Source: an uncultured Spirochaetota bacterium (GTDB lineage Bacteria > Spirochaetota > Brevinematia > Brevinematales > JAOACQ01). Taken from it: DNA of 64,000 nt. The translations under genes and the position numbers were made by a program. The stretch covers positions 320,001 to 384,000 of the forward strand of contig CAWIGG010000002.1 in assembly GCA_963835575.1 (NCBI GenBank), in the 5' to 3' direction. This document shows, in pieces, positions 51,222-59,637 of this stretch. A model generated the notes under the pieces. The model had not been told where the DNA came from. It did no database searches and was given only the letters and a program-made list of their open reading frames with translations. The stretch's first letter is position 1. Each line of letters opens with the position of its first letter.

Positions 51222-52331
51222 TTACAGACAGCCGGGGAACTGAACGCCCGAATTGGCCCCAGTCCCGTTATCCGTACTGCCAATGGTAAAACTGACCGAG
51301 TTGCCCTGTATGTCCGTTAAAACGCATGTTTTTCCTGCGGCGGCGCTGCCGGCGTCCCAATAAGCGTATTGGCTGCGCGTGCACACATAACCGTTTATTG
51401 TCACGGACTGGACCGGGGAGATTGTGTTTTCGAAATAAAGCTGGCCGGAATAGCCGTTGTTGAAATGAAAAATAATATTGCCCGTCACAGGGCAGGGCAC
51501 AAATTTCCAGGTTGTTCCCGTAACATCCTCGGATGAATAGCCGAGGGCCGCATAGGCAGAAGCGCTTAAATCAATATGTCCGGCGGTGGAGCATGTAACA
51601 CATTCATCAACAATGGTTGCGGTTATTGTGCTGCTTCCATGAGTGATTTCGACGCATTCTCCGCCATGATTGATCCAGCCGGACATGGCAGCTGAAATAG
51701 CGGCGAAATAATTGGTATAGGCTATATAATTTATGGTATCGACCGGGTAGGACGGCGTATTTGAACATAAGGTTACTTTATTAGTCGTTTCGGTTCCGCA
51801 ATAACCGAAGAATGTCTTATAGCTCGGACAGCCGCTGCCCGTGGCCGTCCCCTGCCCGAAATAATAGGCTGTAAATTCTCCTGTGCCCGCGGCCGGCGAC
51901 CCCGGAAAGGAGCATGCTGTAGCGGTACTGCTGGAACTTGGAACACTGCTGCTAAAGCTGATGCTGCTCATCGAACTGCTGGTAATTAGGCTGCTGGCCC
52001 CGCTGCTGACACTGCCGGAGCTGAGAATACTGCTGACAGCGCTGCTGCTAATGCTGACACTGGCTGTAGAACTGCTGATAATGAGACTGCTGCTGTTTCC
52101 AGAACTGCTGATACTGCCGGCACTCCCGATAGAACTGCTGCCGGTACTGATTATACTGCTGTTAAGGCTGCTGCTGACGCCGGTTGAACTGCCTGCGCTA
52201 TTGCTGACAACACTGCTGTTATGATTGTCATTGTTGTTATTATTATTGCCATTCCCGGGCGTATAAGAACAATACGAAAAAAAGACCGCTAAAATAATAA
52301 AAAACAGAGAAAAACATGCCGTTCTTTTCAT
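51222..52331 (-). CDS. Expansin-like lipoprotein B (Ser-rich linker, DPBB domain, CBM63-like domain)
   Basis: YFAAIS, GECVEIT...TITATIVDECVTC..GHIDLS..AY.ALG, TWKFVPCPVTGNI. Confidence 0.8.
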   Translation of the reverse strand: MKRTACFSLFFIILAVFFSYCSYTPGNGNNNNNNDNHNSSVVSNSAGSSTGVSSSLNSSIISTGSSSIGSAGSISSSGNSSSLIISSSTASVSISSSAVSSILSSGSVSSGASSLITSSSMSSISFSSSVPSSSSTATACSFPGSPAAGTGEFTAYYFGQGTATGSGCPSYKTFFGYCGTETTNKVTLCSNTPSYPVDTINYIAYTNYFAAISAAMSGWINHGGECVEITHGSSTITATIVDECVTCSTAGHIDLSASAYAALGYSSEDVTGTTWKFVPCPVTGNIIFHFNNGYSGQLYFENTISPVQSVTINGYVCTRSQYAYWDAGSAAAGKTCVLTDIQGNSVSFTIGSTDNGTGANSGVQFPGCL

Positions 52332-52653
52332 AAATACCGCCTTTTTTATTATAATTTTAGAAAATTTTTATTCATAAAAATATCACTTCAGGATACTTTT
52401 GTCAAGTAATCGGGAATAAGCAGTATCAAAAACTGATTATAGAAAATAGAATGACTTATATGGTCTCAAAGCCGGCCATTTTTCTCAATTTGCGTTCCGG
52501 CTGACAGTTTATGCCGGTTTTTTAGACATAATGTTTTTCTGGTTCTGCGATACGGTATTTAAAAAAATGAAAGGCGGGGATTTAACTCATGAAAATGCTT
52601 AAAAATATTGATAATAAAAGATTGATGATTTAGAATAGATATTGTGGAATTTT

Positions 52654-52890
52654 ATGAAAACAACCAGATATTTTGATGAACAGGTTTTGAGAAAACGTCC
52701 GTATATCAGGCTTGAATGGTGTGAGGAAGCAGTCCGGCAGGCGTATTATAAAAAAAAACAGGCAGATGGGCGTATCCGATTCTGGATATATATTCCTGAC
52801 CTGGGAAAATATTTGAGAGTGATTACTCTGGAAGACGGCGAGACAATACATAACGCCTTTCCGGATAGGGATTTTAACCCGGAGGTTTAA
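52654..52890 (+). CDS. Putative type II toxin (small basic DUF4258/RelE-like protein)
   Basis: Q.DGRIRFW..I....KYLRVITLEDGETIHNAFPDR; directly upstream of the DUF2283 gene. Confidence 0.65.
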   Translation: MKTTRYFDEQVLRKRPYIRLEWCEEAVRQAYYKKKQADGRIRFWIYIPDLGKYLRVITLEDGETIHNAFPDRDFNPEV

Positions 52891-53112
52891 ATGAAGTTTT
52901 ATTATTATCAGGATACGGATTCTTTATATATCGATCTATCTGAAAAAACAAGCGTGGATTCCCGGGAGGTCACTCCTGATGTAATCCTTGATTTTGACGC
53001 GGATAATGAGCTTGTGGGAATCGATGTCCAGCATGCCAGCCGCGTCGCAGATCTGGCGCATCTTGAAACAAAGAATATTCCTTTTGTGGAGACCCTTCAT
53101 TCTATCGGATAG
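52891..53112 (+). CDS. DUF2283 family protein (putative antitoxin)
   Basis: Y..DTDSLYI.L......S.EV...V.LDFD....LVGID; GGAGG RBS. Confidence 0.85.
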   Translation: MKFYYYQDTDSLYIDLSEKTSVDSREVTPDVILDFDADNELVGIDVQHASRVADLAHLETKNIPFVETLHSIG

Positions 53113-53241
53113 CGGTTCATTATTGATCTCACAGGCCATCGGTCGTAATGCAATGGCTTCTATCAAAGGCGGCGAGAGGCGCGCTTCATTCGAAACGCCG
53201 CCTTTTGGCATGGCGCTTTATTTGGTGACAAAAGCTTTCGT

Positions 53242-53271
53242 CAAAGGCGACAATGGCCATTGTCGCCTTTG
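53242..53271. repeat. REP-like perfect 30-bp palindrome
   Basis: CAAAGGCGACAATGG|CCATTGTCGCCTTTG. Confidence 0.8.
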
Positions 53272-53466
53272 AACAGGACGCGCCGCATTCGAACCGCGGT
53301 CTTTAAAAGAAAGCCTTTATCAATCCCGGAAGCCGGCGGGTATGAATCATTCCTTCCATTCTTTGTCAATAAAAAGAAATTTGTCTTCTTCAAGCTCATG
53401 TTCAATAGCCTGTTTTTGAATATAAACTATATGATTGAACATATCCTTTTCGCTTTTAATCAAATG

Positions 53467-55141
53467 TTGCCTGTCGGTTTTTATAACATGCTTCATGGAC
53501 ATACGGCAGGGTTCCCGTTAAAATAAAACGGGAGAAAAAGATGGCAAGATTTGAAAAGAACAGCCTGGAGCAGGGTGAGTTCCTCGCGATCAATATAGGC
53601 GAGCAGTTTGATGAGAATTCCAGAGAATTTATACTAAAAGAATTCATCAAAAACCGTATTAAACTGGAGGATTTCGCGGCTTACTATAAGAACGACCATA
53701 GAGGCAGAGAGATTAAAAATCCTCGGGATGTGATCTGTGCGGTACTCTACGGTTACATTACGGGAAATCGTATCAGCCGAAAGATAGAAGATTTGCTGAA
53801 AAAACACATTGGGTTTATGTATGTTTCAAACCGGCTGAAAATTGACCATTCGGTAATTTGCGAGTTCAAGGTACTTTTTCAGGAAAAGATCGAGGAGTTG
53901 TTCAGCCAGCTTTTATATATACTCAACGAAATGGGGTCTATAGATTGGGACATGGTAGTGGGTGACGGCACAAAGATCAAGGCCTACGCGAGTAAGAATA
54001 AGAATGTGGGAAAGAAACATACCCGGAAGCTGATGGACACTTACCAGAAGATGGCGGAAAAGATTGTGAAACAAGACCTGGAACTGGAAGAATCTTACCG
54101 GGAAGGCAAGCTGGAGCAGCCTTATTACGAAGCGGAGAAGAAGCGGGTATCAAGGCGGAAAAAGATTTACGATAGTGTTTTGAACCAAATCGATGAATAC
54201 AAAAAACAGGTAGAGAGAGGGGAAAAGACAGACGAAGAATTCACCAACCTGACTGATCCCGAAAGCAAGCTGATGTCTGGAAATCCGCATAGTGTGTTTA
54301 TACAGGGATATAATTCGGCGATGATGGTCAGTAATAATGATGTGATTATAGATTTTGAAGCAATCACAACACCGGAAAAACAGCATACGGAAGAAATGGT
54401 AAAGAGGGTGGAACAGAAAAAAGCGGAATTAAAAGTTGATAAGGCTAGCAAATACCTTTTTGATTCGGGTTTTCAGGACATGGAAGAGACAATCCGGATG
54501 GTGGAGGAAGGAAAAGACCTTTATGTGGATACGAAAGAGCGGGATTTCAGTGATAAATCACAGAAGCGAAGAGACTTTAAACTGGAAAAGATTGATGACG
54601 AATATATCCTGGGATGCCGGGGCGGCCGTAAGGAAAATGGGTATTTAGATCGAAATAACCAAAGATATACATTTTTGTATTCACGGAAGGGCTGTGAAAG
54701 ATGTCCATTTTTCAGTGAGTGTTATAAAAACATCAAACCGAAAACACAGCAAAAGACAGTAATTTTCAGTGAGTTTGAATTGAATAATCGGTCTAAGATT
54801 GATGCTTATTTAACAAAACTTTACAGCGAAGAAGGGCAAAAGATATACAACCGCAGGATAGGTAAAGAACACGTATTTTCAAACATCAAAACACAGAAGG
54901 GTTATGTTCAGACAGTTTACAGAGGTCAACGGAAAGTGAATTTGGAGCTATGCTGGGTATCCCTTGCGCATAATTTTATGAAATATGCCCAATATTTGAG
55001 AAAATAGAGAGGATTTTGTATAGTCTGAGTATCGATTATTCGAAATTTATTATTAAAATCAGCTAAGCTGACAAAATTTTTATTTGCCCGCTTATTGTAA
55101 GGGGCTGGTTTGACTCCGAAAATGAAATAACCGACAGGCAA
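53467..55141 (+). mobile_element. IS1182-family insertion sequence, copy 2 (1675 bp)
   Basis: IR TTGCCTGTCGGTT; 4-bp duplication AATG (53463-66 and 55142-45). Confidence 0.93.
53541..55007 (+). CDS. IS1182-family transposase (protein identical to 24651-26117)
   Basis: Same 488-aa translation in the ORF track. Confidence 0.9.
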   Translation: MARFEKNSLEQGEFLAINIGEQFDENSREFILKEFIKNRIKLEDFAAYYKNDHRGREIKNPRDVICAVLYGYITGNRISRKIEDLLKKHIGFMYVSNRLKIDHSVICEFKVLFQEKIEELFSQLLYILNEMGSIDWDMVVGDGTKIKAYASKNKNVGKKHTRKLMDTYQKMAEKIVKQDLELEESYREGKLEQPYYEAEKKRVSRRKKIYDSVLNQIDEYKKQVERGEKTDEEFTNLTDPESKLMSGNPHSVFIQGYNSAMMVSNNDVIIDFEAITTPEKQHTEEMVKRVEQKKAELKVDKASKYLFDSGFQDMEETIRMVEEGKDLYVDTKERDFSDKSQKRRDFKLEKIDDEYILGCRGGRKENGYLDRNNQRYTFLYSRKGCERCPFFSECYKNIKPKTQQKTVIFSEFELNNRSKIDAYLTKLYSEEGQKIYNRRIGKEHVFSNIKTQKGYVQTVYRGQRKVNLELCWVSLAHNFMKYAQYLRK

Positions 55142-55252
55142 AATGGTAATGAAAAGATTTCTGCCATTTAAAGATGGGGTAAGGGTGATTTTCACCATAT
55201 TTTGCAATGAATTGGGATTTAAAGCTTTCGGTTTTTAAGGCAATTTGTTCAT

Positions 55253-55284
55253 AAAGGCGATAATGGCCATTGTCACCTTTGGAC
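55253..55284. repeat. REP-like palindrome (RAYT-associated family)
   Basis: AAAGGCGATAATGGCCATTGTCACCTTTGGAC. Confidence 0.75.
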
Positions 55285-55297
55285 ATGGGCGGCGCCG

Positions 55298-57208
55298 TTA
55301 AAAGTTCGTAAAATTCCCGGGCGTGTTATGGTTCATTTTGCCGGTGTCGAAATAATTGTTGGAACTGCCGGTATTGGTAGCCACACCATAATTGGTGTTA
55401 TATGAGATGGTTCCGAGAATCGTATTAAAGCTTGATTGGGCAAAATCAAACCCGCCGCCATTGCCGCTTGCCGTATTACCGGACACCGTATTGCTAATCG
55501 TGTTATAGCTTGAAGAATCGAGATAGAGCCCTCCGCCCCAGGCTGCCGTATTACCGGACACCGCGCCGCTTACCGTGTTGTAGCTTGAAGAGTAGAGATA
55601 GAGCCCTCCGCCGGAGCTGTTAGTTGCCGTATTACCGGACACCGTGCCGCTTATCGTGTTAGAGCTTGAAGAGTAGAGATAGAGCCCTCCGCCGGTGCTG
55701 TTAGTTGCCGTATTACCGGACACCGTGCCGCTCACCGTGTTGCCGCTTGAAGCGGTGAAATAGAGCCCGCCGGCACTGTTTGCCGTATTGCCGGACACCG
55801 TGCCGCTCACCGTGTTGCCGCCTGAAGCGGTGAAATAGAACCCGCCAGCGAAATTGAGGGCTTCATTATTATTAATTACTGCGTTAATGCTATTATTGGA
55901 GCAGACGGTCATATAAACCCCGCCGCCTGAGTTCGCAGTATTACCGGAGATCACCGCGCTGGAGGAAATGATATTGTCCGAGCTGTATTCGATATAAATC
56001 CCGCCGCCGTTTGTTGCGGCTGAATTATTACCGACGCTGCCGTTGATGATATTGCCGGAAGAGAAGCCGGATATATAAATTCCACCGCCGCTGTCTCCGG
56101 CATCGTTCCAGGCCACTGTGGAATTTATAACATTATTGTGTGAGGAATTAATCCAAATTCCGCCGCCAGTAGTCCCGGCGGTGTTCCAGGTTACAGAGGC
56201 GTTTACTGTTATAGAAGAAGCTGCTCCGGAAATTACTATTCCGCCGCCGTAGCCTGAACTGCGGTTGGAAACAATAGTGCCATTGATGATACTATAGCGG
56301 GCGCCGGAACTATTAATATTAATTCCAGAGCCATCACCGTTAGTATTGTTATTATTTCTGATTAAGGCATTAATGTTATTTGATATACCGTTAAAATTTA
56401 CGCCAGTAGTGTTACTTTCTATTATCAGATTGGATAAACTGATAAGCATTGTACCGCTTCCTGTAAATATTCCATTGCTGCCGTTTTTAATAGTAAAATT
56501 ATTTATATTCATATTAGTAACACCATTTATATGAATTACATCATTAGCAGAAGGGTTTTCATCTAATATACTTTTTCCGTTATTATTTTGGAAACCACTG
56601 CTCCAACCGCCGGAAATAGAAATATTGTTGTAAATTACTGGACCATTTTGTAATAAAACTCCTGCTCCGTTGGTATTTAATCCGCCGTTTACCACGGGGG
56701 AATAAGTGCCTTCCCCTACATAGACATAGCGGGTGCCGGTTAAATTTGTCAGGACATCCGCCCCCTTCTGAATGGACCGGAAGGCGTTGGTCGGGTGATT
56801 GCCCGCGTTCCCATCACTCCCGTTCGTCGCCACATAGGCCGGCACGTTGTATGTAAAGCTTTTTGTCTCTGCATCCTTCCCATCCGTTCCCTTGAGTATC
56901 AGCTTTACTGAATGCGGCCCGCAGGGCAGGCTTGTGAGCGGTATAGTCCAGTCCGGATATTTAAAGTTCACCGTATAGTTCGAGCCGTCGATCGAAGCGG
57001 TTAGATCACTGGTCTTAAGATATGATTTTATTGTGCCGGAAATGCTTCCCGTGCCCGGGCCGATCACATCGCCGTCCGCGCCGGTGAACTGTGCGCCGGA
57101 ATTCCCAACGCCGATTTTATCCGCAAAGTCCGGGTTGTAAAACAGCCCGCACGAAGCGGCGAAAAGCCCGGCTGTTATTATCGCGATGATAATTTTTGAC
57201 GGTTTCAT
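55298..57208 (-). CDS. Lipoprotein with right-handed parallel beta-helix repeats
   Basis: GGAGG RBS; lipobox AASC; YVA.NG.D.N.G.....AF.SIQ; many N.A...GGG(I/L)Y repeats. Confidence 0.8.
   Translation of the reverse strand: MKPSKIIIAIITAGLFAASCGLFYNPDFADKIGVGNSGAQFTGADGDVIGPGTGSISGTIKSYLKTSDLTASIDGSNYTVNFKYPDWTIPLTSLPCGPHSVKLILKGTDGKDAETKSFTYNVPAYVATNGSDGNAGNHPTNAFRSIQKGADVLTNLTGTRYVYVGEGTYSPVVNGGLNTNGAGVLLQNGPVIYNNISISGGWSSGFQNNNGKSILDENPSANDVIHINGVTNMNINNFTIKNGSNGIFTGSGTMLISLSNLIIESNTTGVNFNGISNNINALIRNNNNTNGDGSGININSSGARYSIINGTIVSNRSSGYGGGIVISGAASSITVNASVTWNTAGTTGGGIWINSSHNNVINSTVAWNDAGDSGGGIYISGFSSGNIINGSVGNNSAATNGGGIYIEYSSDNIISSSAVISGNTANSGGGVYMTVCSNNSINAVINNNEALNFAGGFYFTASGGNTVSGTVSGNTANSAGGLYFTASSGNTVSGTVSGNTATNSTGGGLYLYSSSSNTISGTVSGNTATNSSGGGLYLYSSSYNTVSGAVSGNTAAWGGGLYLDSSSYNTISNTVSGNTASGNGGGFDFAQSSFNTILGTISYNTNYGVATNTGSSNNYFDTGKMNHNTPGNFTNF
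55470..55860 (-). repeat. Intragenic tandem repeats of about 69-75 bp
   Basis: Recurrent GCCGTATTACCGGACACCG...CTTGAAG...TAGAGCCC encoding SG(T/A)VSGNTA..GGLY. Confidence 0.8.
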
Positions 57209-57246
57209 AATTCCTCCAGAGATACTACTTAATAAAGAATTATACC

Positions 57247-57768
57247 AGCCACAGAATTTCACAGAAAATCACAGATTTAAACGTATGTCCATAAAACAAT
57301 TCTTATGATTGGCAGTTCAGTGTATTTCTGTGTGATTCTGCGGCTAACCCGATTTTCCAATAGAAATTTCCAGAATTAAAATATTAGCCTTTTAAATTCA
57401 CACTTCATTCTTCCGAAATTTAATAATAATCCAATTCTTACACCTGTAGCTTTTAAATAGTTTAACAATTGAGCTTCGTGGATTTTATTATAATATTCTT
57501 CGGTCTTAATTTCTATGATAACTTTTTTTTCAATAAATAGATCGGCAAAATAATCGCCGACAATTTTATTCTTGTATTTCACTCTTATTGGATATTCTTC
57601 CTCTGTTTGAATATTCTTCAGTTTTAATTCATAAATCAGGCTTTTTTTATATATTTTCTCTAAAAATCCATATCCCAATATTTTATATACTTCAAAAGCG
57701 GTTCCAATGATTTTTTCTGTCAACTCTGGATATAAAAATTCCGTGCTTTTCTGTGTCATTCTGTGGCT
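57247..57768 (-). mobile_element. Putative GxxExxY nuclease-carrying element bounded by 10-bp-periodic inverted arms
   Basis: Left arm AGCCACAGAATTTCACAGAAAATCACAGA; internal arm 57316-57345; right arm TTCCGTGCTTTTCTGTGTCATTCTGTGGCT; both ends recur at 62999-63127. Confidence 0.6.
57376..57759 (-). CDS. GxxExxY protein (PD-(D/E)XK nuclease superfamily)
   Basis: 127 aa; LGYGFLEKIY, ADLFIE.KVIIEIK, AQLLNYLKAT, GLLLNFG. Confidence 0.93.
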   Translation of the reverse strand: MTQKSTEFLYPELTEKIIGTAFEVYKILGYGFLEKIYKKSLIYELKLKNIQTEEEYPIRVKYKNKIVGDYFADLFIEKKVIIEIKTEEYYNKIHEAQLLNYLKATGVRIGLLLNFGRMKCEFKRLIF

Positions 57769-57794
57769 CCAAAAAAATCAAATAAAGCGGACGA

Positions 57795-59210
57795 TTAAAA
57801 CTTCACACCCAGCGACGGGGAGACAAAAATCGATCCCGCCATGAAATCCCAGTTGACTCCCAGCTTGAACGTCAGCCACTTCCATTCAAAAGAGCCGAAA
57901 ACGCCCGCGGCGTAGCTGAAGGGCGTGACGGTTGTCCTGTTGACATAATCGGGGTTGATCTGGTCGAAGACATCGGAGGGCAGGTACTGGAAGTAGAGGA
58001 GCGAAACCCCGGCCCCAACCCTGATATCGGCGGTCATATCGCCGTAAAAGTAATAGCCGGCGTCCACATAAGGAGAAATATTATAAATGCTTTTGTTAAA
58101 AGCGGGCGAGCTCATAAAGGAAAGGCCGCAGCCCAGCTCGACCCAGATGTAGCGCTCCGGGAAGTACAATCCGGCCAGGCCGAAAAAGCTGCTGCCCAGG
58201 ATATAGGTTTTAATATGGAAAGGGCCGCCCCATTTTTCCTCGGGCGTTACGTGGATCGTCGCGCCGTCGCTGACGTTGAACGTCTGATCAAAAACGGTGT
58301 TTTTATCCTGATCGATCACCTTGATGGTGTGGTCCTTCAGGGCGTTCATATCCTCAAAAAGCCTGCCCTCGCTCGAAATCTCGCCGTCGACAAAAAGCAC
58401 ATAGCTCTTGCCGCGCGCCTTGTATTTCAGAGCGTCGACGATCACCGAGCCGGTGGCGAAGTATTTGACGGAGATGTTCTGGTTGACGCCCAGCGTCTGG
58501 GTCGAGTTATAGACCTGCCTGTTGTCCCTTTCCCTGACAAGGCTGATGGTATAAGTCTGGTTTCCCAGCACCCGAAGGCTTTTTTTAAAGCTGGAGTTTG
58601 TGATCGTCTCGATCAGTTTATTGTTAATGAAAATATCATATTTTTCTATCCCTGTTTTGACGTCAAAATCTATCCTGGCAAGCGAAAAGTCGATCTTGAG
58701 GACGCCTTCTATCACGTTTTTCAGGATTGAGTCTATCGTATCGAAAATCTCCATGTCCGTGGTCGTTTCATAAGATTTAGTGAAGACATTAGCGTTCTTT
58801 TCTTTGGACCATACCCCGATGCGCAGGATGATGGTTTCGGGGCTTTTCTGCTTGATGTCATAATCGCCGTAAAGGATATAGTCCGCGTCATAGACCACCT
58901 TGGGGGCCAGTTCGGGCTTGACGCGCTCCCATTTGGCCAGGACGGGTGAAAGCCAGAAAAGGTCGTTCAGCTTTTTATCGTCAGGTACGTCCAGCGACGA
59001 AAGGATCCGCATAAAGTTGTAAAGCGACCTGAAAATGACGATCTGAAAGGAATCGGCTTTTTTGCTGTAAATGTTCTCTATCGGCAGGATATAGAATTTG
59101 GCCGCCTGAGAAACGGAAGCCAGACTGTTGTTTGTCAGGGCCTGGTTTGTCTCGGAAAACAAAAACCCCGCGCTTAAAATAAGTATCAAAACAATGCCAT
59201 AAAGCTTCAT
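57795..59210 (-). CDS. Hypothetical exported / outer-membrane protein
   Basis: Signal peptide; amphipathic beta-strand C-terminus ending in F. Confidence 0.65.
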   Translation of the reverse strand: MKLYGIVLILILSAGFLFSETNQALTNNSLASVSQAAKFYILPIENIYSKKADSFQIVIFRSLYNFMRILSSLDVPDDKKLNDLFWLSPVLAKWERVKPELAPKVVYDADYILYGDYDIKQKSPETIILRIGVWSKEKNANVFTKSYETTTDMEIFDTIDSILKNVIEGVLKIDFSLARIDFDVKTGIEKYDIFINNKLIETITNSSFKKSLRVLGNQTYTISLVRERDNRQVYNSTQTLGVNQNISVKYFATGSVIVDALKYKARGKSYVLFVDGEISSEGRLFEDMNALKDHTIKVIDQDKNTVFDQTFNVSDGATIHVTPEEKWGGPFHIKTYILGSSFFGLAGLYFPERYIWVELGCGLSFMSSPAFNKSIYNISPYVDAGYYFYGDMTADIRVGAGVSLLYFQYLPSDVFDQINPDYVNRTTVTPFSYAAGVFGSFEWKWLTFKLGVNWDFMAGSIFVSPSLGVKF

Positions 59211-59343
59211 AACGCCCCCATCTTTATATAATACCGTTAAAATATATTATAAAGCGAAATTTCAATAAAAAATATTTTTTGATTAGATATTATTAACCCT
59301 TAATATTCCAAATTAAAGCAGACTGTATGAAAAGTGAAAAAAC

Positions 59344-59445
59344 GCTCCCTGAGTGTGTTCTCCTTGCTTTTACGCTTGTATCGAAGGGAGCTTTTGTTAA
59401 AGTTCCCTTCGATACAATTTGCCTTCGGCAAATCACTCAGGGAAC
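59344..59445. repeat. Inverted pair of REP-like hairpins
   Basis: GCTCCCTGAGTG...GTATCGAAGGGAGC and GTTCCCTTCGATAC...CACTCAGGGAAC. Confidence 0.65.
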
Positions 59446-59637
59446 GATCTTTTCATACATTCTGCTTTACAGGAATATTGATATAAATGAATCAAATAAC
59501 TTGAAAGTATATAAAATGAGTTGCGAACATTTTCCATATTAGACAATTTTACTCCCTTGCTTTAAAATAGAACCGTTTAATAAATGGAGGAGGAAGGTCC
59601 GGAAAAACGGCCCTCCTCAGCGCCCGGGAGGTTCGTA

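Larger units (their letters stand above)
53347..55286 (-). pseudogene. C-terminal remnant of a REP-associated tyrosine transposase (RAYT, Y1 HUH), interrupted by IS1182
   Basis: Removing the IS and one AATG gives ...PIFKWQKSFHYHLIKSEKDMFNHIVYIQKQAIEHEL...WKE*, matching the RAYT WQ.SF.DH.IR...D...YI motif; flanked by REP palindromes. Confidence 0.7.

Noticed and set aside
50470..52230. Repetitive CTGCTG-rich tracts and Leu-rich + strand ORFs
   Set aside because: They are the reverse complement of AGC-rich Ser linkers of the expansin genes, not a CRISPR array or separate genes.
24517..55141. Composite transposon bounded by the two IS1182 copies
   Set aside because: Each copy has its own distinct target duplication and the interior contains housekeeping genes (argD, proC, plsC).
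55470..55860. Repeats considered as a CRISPR array or a DGR template/variable pair
   Set aside because: In-frame coding tandem units without unique spacers; no cas or reverse transcriptase gene and no evident adenine-specific divergence.
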